From positions 1 through 50,303 of the IMG/VR virus record IMGVR_UViG_3300049182_000030: DNA of 50,303 nt. One strand, 5' to 3'. This stretch comes from a virus. A program made the translations under genes and the position numbers. Below, in pieces: positions 26,431 through 32,293 of this stretch; position 1 is the stretch's first letter; every line of letters begins with the position of its first letter. A model generated the notes under the pieces. That model was not told where the DNA came from, did not search any database, and was given only the letters and a program-made list of their open reading frames with translations.

Positions 26431-26611
26431 GTGGAGCGACGACATTGAGCACGCCAGGGAGTTACGCGCCCAGGCCAAGCAAGAGTTGTCAGACCTCAAG
26501 AGCCAGGCCCCCGCTGTGGAGAACCTGACCCAGCGCCTGTTGCTCCGGCGAGCCATGAATCACTTTGGCGACAGCATTCAGATCACATTTACCAGGAGGG
26601 GCAATGACTGA
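26423..26611 (+). CDS. Hypothetical protein (62 aa, MDEWSDDIEHAREL...)
   Basis: Internal ATG of ORF track 26342..26611. ATGGATGA overlap with the upstream stop. Confidence 0.55.
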   Translation: MDEWSDDIEHARELRAQAKQELSDLKSQAPAVENLTQRLLLRRAMNHFGDSIQITFTRRGND

Positions 26612-26927
26612 AACCGACATTCTGCTCAGGATCGGTGACGTGCTCCTGGTGCTGGGCGGCGCTGCCCTGGTGGTGTTTGCGGCGTCCTATGCGGCGTTCT
26701 TTAACTGGCGACGCAACCCCGCTGGTCGTGCCGTGATGGGCCTTGTGCTGATGTTGATTATCATTCTCGGATACAACTTCACCTACGCCCTTGTAGGCCC
26801 CGATGTTCCGGGCAGGGAGTGGATTCGCATTGCAATCTACGGCGCGTTCTGTCTCGCCGCTGGCCGGATGGTGCTGACACTCTGGCGCTCCTGGGGTGAC
26901 ACGCCCAAGATCGAGTCTAAGTCCTAG
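26604..26927 (+). CDS. Holin-like membrane protein with three hydrophobic segments (107 aa)
   Basis: AGGAGGGG Shine-Dalgarno before ATG 26604. Hydrophobic helices. Last gene of the rightward arm. Confidence 0.6.
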   Translation: MTETDILLRIGDVLLVLGGAALVVFAASYAAFFNWRRNPAGRAVMGLVLMLIIILGYNFTYALVGPDVPGREWIRIAIYGAFCLAAGRMVLTLWRSWGDTPKIESKS

Positions 26928-27649
26928 CGGTACTCCACCGTATCAACGGCGCTCTTGCCCCGGAACCACTTGCCGCAATCCTGACACTGGAACTTCGGGT
27001 ACTTCGAGGTCGCCGTGGCCGCATACCCGCGCCGCTGAATGTGCGTGGAGGAACACGCGGGACAACCGTTGGTGTCGTTGTAAACGTTCACGTTCGGGTG
27101 GTTCGGAATCCAGGGGAGCAACTTCGTGTACGCTTCGTCCAGCAGATTCACGTCCTGAATCTGGTACGCCTTCATGCGCTTCCAGGCTTTCTCATCCCCG
27201 GCCATGCAGTCAAGCCACAACTGGAACCCCTCGTGGGGCATCTTCTTGCCGATCCCGAGCTGCTGAGATACCCAGTCGAGTTTGTTGCTAGCGAACTTCA
27301 TCTGGGACTTGACGGCCTTCATCAAGTCGATCTCCTTGGCGGGCGACGGCGGGTTCATGCCGTTGAGGAGGAACTGGGTGCGGACATGCTTGGTGTCAAA
27401 CCCGGCACCGTTCCACGAAACCAGCGCGTCAGCCTCGTTGAGGAGTTCCCACACCCCCGCAAGCATGGCGTCCTTGCCGTCATGGTGAATCGACTGGAAG
27501 TGAACCTTCTTCTGCCCACGCCACCGTGCACCGTAACAGAGCATTTCTTGCGGCTGCTGAATCTGCTGGATGGGAATGAAGTTGGGCCAGAGGGACCACG
27601 AGTACACCGTCATCGGCGCAAGTTCAATGTCCCATTCGAGAATCTTCAC
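26924..27649 (-). CDS. DEDDy 3'-5' exonuclease, RNase H-like fold, with C-terminal zinc ribbon (241 aa, GTG start)
   Basis: Exo motifs WDIE, NGAGFD and Y..QDV. C-terminal CPAC...CQDC. AAGGAGG Shine-Dalgarno before GTG 27649. Confidence 0.8.
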   Translation of the reverse strand: MKILEWDIELAPMTVYSWSLWPNFIPIQQIQQPQEMLCYGARWRGQKKVHFQSIHHDGKDAMLAGVWELLNEADALVSWNGAGFDTKHVRTQFLLNGMNPPSPAKEIDLMKAVKSQMKFASNKLDWVSQQLGIGKKMPHEGFQLWLDCMAGDEKAWKRMKAYQIQDVNLLDEAYTKLLPWIPNHPNVNVYNDTNGCPACSSTHIQRRGYAATATSKYPKFQCQDCGKWFRGKSAVDTVEYR

Positions 27650-27680
27650 AGGTTGCCTCCTTGTGGAAAGTGCTGGGGAT

Positions 27681-27689
27681 AGCCTAGCA
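27681..27689 (-). promoter_or_regulatory. Extended -10 element TGCTAGGCT (minus strand) for the exonuclease gene
   Basis: Minus strand reads TGC then TAGGCT, about 30 nt upstream of GTG 27649. Confidence 0.45.
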
Positions 27690-27712
27690 TATGGTTTTCT
27701 CGGATTTGACGG

Positions 27713-27721
27713 TGCTAGAAT
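27713..27721 (+). promoter_or_regulatory. Extended -10 element TGCTAGAAT for the plus-strand mini-operon
   Basis: TGC then TAGAAT at 27716..27721, 9 nt before ATG 27731. Confidence 0.5.
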
Positions 27722-27730
27722 GGAAGTCCT

Positions 27731-27814
27731 ATGGATAACGAACTCGAAACCGTTGACGGATACGCCTGCCCGATTGACCCGATGGAAGCCCTCAACTGCG
27801 AGAGCTGCCAGTAG
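27731..27814 (+). CDS. 27-aa Cys-containing micro-ORF (MDNELETVDGYACPIDPMEALNCESCQ)
   Basis: Hand-translated. Follows the -10 box. Its stop lies 9 nt before the next gene's AGGAGG-led ATG. Confidence 0.4.
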   Translation: MDNELETVDGYACPIDPMEALNCESCQ

Positions 27815-27823
27815 GAGGAAAAC

Positions 27824-28006
27824 ATGGATGCTATCAAGCCTTACGCCAAAGCCATTGTTGGAGGTATCGTCGCGGGCCTCGGTGCAGCCGCTACGGCCCT
27901 GAGCGACAACGCGATTGACAATGTAGAAATCATCGGAATTGTTCTGGCGTTCATCGCCGGTACTGGTTTCGTGTATGCTGTCCCCAACAGGCCCGCGAGC
28001 GAGTAG
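27824..28006 (+). CDS. Small 2-TM membrane protein (60 aa), holin-like or exclusion-type
   Basis: ORF track. AGGAGG Shine-Dalgarno. Two Gly/Ala/Ile-rich helices. Opposite orientation to its neighbours. Confidence 0.7.
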   Translation: MDAIKPYAKAIVGGIVAGLGAAATALSDNAIDNVEIIGIVLAFIAGTGFVYAVPNRPASE

Positions 28007-28084
28007 GAGCACCATATAAGGATCATTCTTTCTCACTGTTCCACATAAGCAACAGCAGAGAGGAGCATCCCACTCTACGGCTTT

Positions 28085-28114
28085 GGCCCTCACCCATATT
28101 GCGGGGTGGGGGCC
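28085..28114. terminator. Hairpin terminator at the convergence of the plus mini-operon and the leftward arm
   Basis: GGCCCTCACCC..GGGGTGGGGGCC stem followed by TTAGTCGTTTC on the plus strand. Confidence 0.6.
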
Positions 28115-28124
28115 TTAGTCGTTT

Positions 28125-28259
28125 CTAGCGTTGTAGTTCCCAAATCTTTGACCACAGGCCCTCCACTTCGTTGTGGAAGTAGCGGTGCTGCCATTCCCCC
28201 TCCTCTAGGATCAGCGCGTAGCACTCCTTGCAGACGACGTAGCCCTCAATCTCGGTCAC
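28125..28259 (-). CDS. Hypothetical miniprotein with CxxC (44 aa, GTG start VTEIEGYVVCKECY...)
   Basis: Tail of ORF track 28125..28337. GGAGG Shine-Dalgarno. GTGA overlap with the upstream stop. Confidence 0.5.
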   Translation of the reverse strand: MTEIEGYVVCKECYALILEEGEWQHRYFHNEVEGLWSKIWELQR

Positions 28260-28429
28260 GATACCTCCATTGGCGGGAACTGGTTGCGAGGAGCGTTGAC
28301 ACCGACATAGTAGTTGAACAGGGTGAACTCGTCCCAAAGTTCCTGCGGGGTGGGCGGCGTGCCACCATTACGATCCGCCAGGTAGTCTCTAAATGCCCAT
28401 GCAAGAACGGGTCGGTTAATCTCGGTCAC
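28256..28429 (-). CDS. Hypothetical protein (57 aa, GTG start VTEINRPV...). The alternative start is 28462.
   Basis: ORF track 28256..28462. GGAGG Shine-Dalgarno before GTG 28429. Confidence 0.5.
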   Translation of the reverse strand: MTEINRPVLAWAFRDYLADRNGGTPPTPQELWDEFTLFNYYVGVNAPRNQFPPMEVS

Positions 28430-28865
28430 GGTAAGCCTCCAATACTGTCCTGTTGCCTTCATGCTTGAGGTGGGCGATGACGTGTCTCACGGCCTCCCGA
28501 GCGTTGCGGTTCGCCTTCCCCGGTAGGTGGACACCCAGCGCCTTGAGCAGCCAATCGGGGGCCTGCTTGAGCCTACCGGACGGGGGCCGCATAATCACCT
28601 GCAAGCCTTGTCGCTCCGCCATCGCGCGCACCGCCCCAATGACCCGCTCGGGAGTGTGGTCCAGGCCGTGCTTGCCCTCCCGCGTGATGAAGTCCTCCAT
28701 GACGATCACAGCGTTCAGATGCGGGCCGCTACGCCAATAATCGATGAAGCCCTCCAGGCCACCCTTGACCTCATCCCACGCTGTCAGGCTCACCTCGGTT
28801 TCAGTGGCGTAGATGTAAGCGACACCCGTGGTCACGCCGGGGTCGATGCCCAAGTGCCAACTCAC
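28416..28865 (-). CDS. RuvC-like Holliday junction resolvase (149 aa)
   Basis: N-terminal LGIDPGVTTG motif, a later EDF acidic motif, and appropriate size. Confidence 0.8.
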   Translation of the reverse strand: MSWHLGIDPGVTTGVAYIYATETEVSLTAWDEVKGGLEGFIDYWRSGPHLNAVIVMEDFITREGKHGLDHTPERVIGAVRAMAERQGLQVIMRPPSGRLKQAPDWLLKALGVHLPGKANRNAREAVRHVIAHLKHEGNRTVLEAYRDRD

Positions 28866-29092
28866 TCGAACTCCTTAATCGCAAACGGAAAGAACGGATC
28901 AAACCCGCCATGCTTGCGGCACATCGCCCGCAGCGCACGGTTCTGCTCATCCATGTGGAACCTCACCCACGCTACCGGCTGTCGCCACGAGGGGCAACCC
29001 GCCCAGTAGTAGTCACGCCACGTCGCACCGTTGTTGTACAGGCCGATAGTGATGGCGACGTATTCCTCGAAGGTAACCTCTTCGTAGCTCAT
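28862..29092 (-). CDS. Hypothetical protein (76 aa)
   Basis: ORF track. ATGA coupling. Confidence 0.75.
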   Translation of the reverse strand: MSYEEVTFEEYVAITIGLYNNGATWRDYYWAGCPSWRQPVAWVRFHMDEQNRALRAMCRKHGGFDPFFPFAIKEFE

Positions 29093-29274
29093 GTCAACTC
29101 CACACCTCCACGGAACGCCCGAATCTTCTTGCCGCGCGGCGAAACGTAAATCTTCAGAGAGTCACCACCCTCAGCAGATACCTCAAGGCATCGATGCCCA
29201 GTTGGGAGTACCGAAAGGCGGGTTACTCGAACATGGCCCCACGTAAAGCCATACCAATCAATAATGTCGCTCAT
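29089..29274 (-). CDS. Hypothetical protein (61 aa)
   Basis: ORF track. ATGA coupling. Confidence 0.75.
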   Translation of the reverse strand: MSDIIDWYGFTWGHVRVTRLSVLPTGHRCLEVSAEGGDSLKIYVSPRGKKIRAFRGGVELT

Positions 29275-29507
29275 TTCGCCCTCTCCAGTAGCCCCAGCGC
29301 GATCAAAAGCGCATCAAGAACATCCGGGCCGTACCACTCATCGGTATCAAGCACGTCCAAAATCCGCTTACCTTCAGGTCGATCCGCGTCTATAGACTTC
29401 AGCAAAGATTCCAGGGCAACAGAATGCTCATAGTGGCCCTTTAGTTGAGACAGGATGAACGTAACCTCGACATCGCTGACGTGCTGAATGTAAATCTTGT
29501 CGCTCAC
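29271..29507 (-). CDS. Hypothetical protein (78 aa, GTG start VSDKIYIQ...)
   Basis: C-terminal part of ORF track 29271..29624. GTGA overlap with the upstream micro-gene. Confidence 0.6.
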   Translation of the reverse strand: MSDKIYIQHVSDVEVTFILSQLKGHYEHSVALESLLKSIDADRPEGKRILDVLDTDEWYGPDVLDALLIALGLLERAK

Positions 29508-29647
29508 TTGTGGCACTCGCAATCGCACTCGTAGTAAGGCTCGCACGGGTTGTCGCAATACTCGGATTCGCAAGGCCCCCAGAGCGTGCCGTCGATGCAC
29601 AACACGTCCCACGCATCGGTGCACTGGTGGAGGGGATCGTAGCTCAT
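29504..29647 (-). CDS. Cys-rich miniprotein (47 aa, MSYDPLHQCTDAWDVLCIDGTLWGPCESEYCDNPCEPYYECDCECHK)
   Basis: Hand-translated. ATGA overlap upstream and GTGA overlap downstream. Confidence 0.55.
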   Translation of the reverse strand: MSYDPLHQCTDAWDVLCIDGTLWGPCESEYCDNPCEPYYECDCECHK

Positions 29648-29862
29648 TGGTAGTCCTTCAGAACCTCGTCAACTGCGGATTGCAGGTTGTTGAAAATCTT
29701 GATCGCAACTTCCGGGTCGGCGGCATCAAGCATAACGCTTTCCTGGTAGCGCTTCCACACCTTTTGCACGAGTGACGAGTCCACCCCACGGGCGGCGCAG
29801 AACGCGGCAACGGCCATCACGGCAGTGTTGTGGATGTACTTGTAGGTGTATTGCTCAAACAT
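29644..29862 (-). CDS. Hypothetical protein (72 aa, MFEQYTYKY...)
   Basis: Internal ATG of ORF track 29644..29943. TAATG overlap. Confidence 0.7.
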   Translation of the reverse strand: MFEQYTYKYIHNTAVMAVAAFCAARGVDSSLVQKVWKRYQESVMLDAADPEVAIKIFNNLQSAVDEVLKDYQ

Positions 29863-30323
29863 TACTTCGCCTCCAGAATCTTCTTGCGCAACTCGGTCAC
29901 GCCCACCCACTCGGGCATCCCGCCGTTGACCTGCACCTTGCAACCACCAGTCTCAGGCTTACCCGCAACCCACCGGGCATGGAAAGCCGAATGCACGGGG
30001 GTGCGCTTGAGGCCCGTCACATGCACCACATCCCGTACCGTCCAGTCGCCGTTCCAGAACTTCCGCTCACGATGCACCAGGACTTCCGAGTCGAACCCCA
30101 ACTCGGTAGCCAAATGCTGCAAGTCGGTGGCACCCTTGGGCACCTTCACTTCGGCCATAAACTTCTGAGGAACCACACCACTCAGCATCTCGATGGTGCC
30201 GCGCTCGACTTCCTTGGCGGGATCGTCAAATGCGCGTCGCGATTCCCGGTAGGCGGCAAAGTAGTCGCCCCAGTTGTTGTACAGTTCAGGGGCGGAAAAG
30301 ACGTGGCTAGGCTTGCTCGCCAT
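29862..30323 (-). CDS. Hypothetical protein (153 aa)
   Basis: ORF track. Confidence 0.8.
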   Translation of the reverse strand: MASKPSHVFSAPELYNNWGDYFAAYRESRRAFDDPAKEVERGTIEMLSGVVPQKFMAEVKVPKGATDLQHLATELGFDSEVLVHRERKFWNGDWTVRDVVHVTGLKRTPVHSAFHARWVAGKPETGGCKVQVNGGMPEWVGVTELRKKILEAK

Positions 30324-30432
30324 AGAGGGCTTCCTCGCACATGAACCTTATGAACGCCACCTGCACTGAACTGCGGGCATTGTACTGGTCGATGTAGTCG
30401 ATGATCTGCTGGGCAAGTTTCTGGTCACTCAT
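30307..30432 (-). CDS. Hypothetical miniprotein (41 aa, MSDQKLAQQIIDYIDQYNARSS...)
   Basis: Hand-translated. ATGAGTGA coupling cassette. Confidence 0.45.
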   Translation of the reverse strand: MSDQKLAQQIIDYIDQYNARSSVQVAFIRFMCEEALYGEQA

Positions 30433-30571
30433 GGATTGCCCTCCACTTCTCGGAACTAAGGCTGAGCGTGAAAACAACATCATCTAGTATCGCCCAGTCC
30501 GGTACTCCAGCCTTGCGCGCGCCGTCAATAAAGTCAAGCATCTGGATGATTTTAGTCTCAGCGTCACTCAT
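30425..30571 (-). CDS. Hypothetical miniprotein (48 aa, MSDAETKIIQMLDFIDGARKAGVPDWAILDD...)
   Basis: Hand-translated. ATGA overlap with the upstream stop. Confidence 0.5.
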   Translation of the reverse strand: MSDAETKIIQMLDFIDGARKAGVPDWAILDDVVFTLSLSSEKWRAIHE

Positions 30572-30819
30572 AGATCACCACCTCCGCATTTGAGGCCATG
30601 TACGTCACGCAACCACTGATTGATAGGGGCAAGGAACTCGTGCACGTCATGTACCACCACGGTCATCTGGTCATCCGCCAATGTATCATCAAAACCGCGG
30701 AAGTGGATGGTGAACAGTACGGTCGGCTCACCACTAGCGGATCGCTCGGCCTCAATAGACCAGTACGGCCCTTCAGGATTTCGTTCCTCCATATAAGAAC
30801 TGAGCACTCTGTCACTCAT
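30568..30819 (-). CDS. Hypothetical protein (83 aa)
   Basis: ORF track. Confidence 0.8.
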   Translation of the reverse strand: MSDRVLSSYMEERNPEGPYWSIEAERSASGEPTVLFTIHFRGFDDTLADDQMTVVVHDVHEFLAPINQWLRDVHGLKCGGGDL

Positions 30820-31015
30820 AGATCACAACCTCCGCATCCGGGCCAACCTCAATCGTGGTCACGACAGTGAGGATTGTTCGACCGTTCAGGTGCTCGGCGT
30901 GCCGCAGGAAGTGCCTGTCTGACAGCAGAGCATCCCCCTGCGGGAACTCGATGGCGCGACCGTTCTCGTTCGGCGTGAGGCCCCTAGCCCAGATGCGCCG
31001 CTTACTGATTGCCAT
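30812..31015 (-). CDS. Hypothetical protein (67 aa, MAISKRRIW...)
   Basis: ORF track 30812..31021. ATG at 31015 preferred over TTG at 31021. Confidence 0.7.
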   Translation of the reverse strand: MAISKRRIWARGLTPNENGRAIEFPQGDALLSDRHFLRHAEHLNGRTILTVVTTIEVGPDAEVVIYE

Positions 31016-31220
31016 GCTCAAATCCCTTCGTAATCAACCGCGTGTGAACCTCATGCTGCATCACCTTCACCTCGGTGATAAAGCCCCTGTCTACTTCCTC
31101 CAGGGCAATGATCGCTTCGTGCAGGTCATCGAACGGGTAACAGAACTCTGAGAAGGTTCGGTCGCCCCGGTACAGGTCGTAGCGAATCTTCACACACTCG
31201 TCGTTGGTTGTGGTCACCAT
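31002..31220 (-). CDS. Hypothetical protein (72 aa)
   Basis: ORF track. Confidence 0.75.
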   Translation of the reverse strand: MVTTTNDECVKIRYDLYRGDRTFSEFCYPFDDLHEAIIALEEVDRGFITEVKVMQHEVHTRLITKGFEHGNQ

Positions 31221-31538
31221 CTACTTGCCCCCTAGAAAAAACGCCATGTCGGAGATAATCTCGTCCATCTCCTCATCCCCATTCAACACCCGATCCAGCG
31301 CCCGCGTCAACCCCTCATGCCAAGTTGCCCGCACATTGTAGAACGTGCTCCCCGGCCACGGCGCATAATCCTCCGCGAACCCCACCGTCAGGATGCGTTC
31401 GTGCTCAGGCGTACCGGCAGTGAGCTTCACCAGCCCGTCGAACACCTTAGCCTTGGCGACCTTGATGTTGGCGCGGTCGGCCTCCGACAGCGGCTCAGCG
31501 GTCAGGATGGGGAGGGGGGTGGTCAATAGTTCACCCAC
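31221..31538 (-). CDS. Hypothetical protein (105 aa)
   Basis: ORF track. Confidence 0.8.
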   Translation of the reverse strand: MGELLTTPLPILTAEPLSEADRANIKVAKAKVFDGLVKLTAGTPEHERILTVGFAEDYAPWPGSTFYNVRATWHEGLTRALDRVLNGDEEMDEIISDMAFFLGGK

Positions 31539-32293
31539 AATACCTCGATGCGGTCGCCTACGTTGGCGCGAGCTTTGATTTCCACCCGGTTCCAGTTTGG
31601 GTACAGGTCGCGGTATAGGTCAGAATCGTAGCCGCTCAAGCAGACGTGGGCCTTGGCGGCGTTGAGGGATTCTGCCAGCGCAGCATGTGACTTAGCATCG
31701 GCCATTTCGACCCCGTAACCGAGGCTGGATCGAGTTTCAGCAAGATAGGGAGGATCGACATACATCAGCGCTCCGGCCCGGTCGTAGGTGCCAATGACCT
31801 CAAGGGCATCGCGTGATTCAAGAACAACCCGATGGATGCGATCAGCGACCTGCATAATGCGTGACGTGTAACCGTCTCGGTAGCGACCCATGCTCGTTGG
31901 CGACTTGGGATCAACCACGAATCGCCAGCCGGTCTTGTCGATACGCGCACCACGGCCCTGAGTCAATAGCACGAAAACTCGACGGGCAACCTCAAGGTCG
32001 TCCGCGCCGCCCATGTCCAATGCCTCAGACTGCTCGGTTCTGCTCCAGGGAGTCAGTAAGCAGGCGTTATACAACTCCTCGGGGCGATTCCGCAGAACCC
32101 GCCAGAAAGTCACCAGTCTTGCATCAAGGTCGTTTACCGTCTCATGCTTGGACTCCGGCTTGGCAAGAAGCACACTCAGCCCACCAGCAAACGGCTCAAT
32201 GTAGTGTCCATGCTCGGGGAAAGTGGAAACGATCTTCTCCGCGATCCGTTGCTTCCCGCCATAATAGGGGAACGGCGGCTTAATCCGGCTCAC
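31523..32293 (-). CDS. D12-class N6-adenine DNA methyltransferase, Dam-like (256 aa, GVG start region, GTG start)
   Basis: PFPYYGGK, EPFAGG (SAM-binding) and DPPY catalytic motifs. GTGA overlap with the primase stop. Confidence 0.88.
   Translation of the reverse strand: MSRIKPPFPYYGGKQRIAEKIVSTFPEHGHYIEPFAGGLSVLLAKPESKHETVNDLDARLVTFWRVLRNRPEELYNACLLTPWSRTEQSEALDMGGADDLEVARRVFVLLTQGRGARIDKTGWRFVVDPKSPTSMGRYRDGYTSRIMQVADRIHRVVLESRDALEVIGTYDRAGALMYVDPPYLAETRSSLGYGVEMADAKSHAALAESLNAAKAHVCLSGYDSDLYRDLYPNWNRVEIKARANVGDRIEVLWVNY

Noticed and set aside
27650-28093. Upstream extension of the exonuclease ORF to 28093 (389 aa)
   Set aside because: It would run antisense through the AGGAGG-led plus-strand gene 27824..28006. 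GTG 27649 has an AAGGAGG Shine-Dalgarno, and the exonuclease motifs all lie downstream of it.
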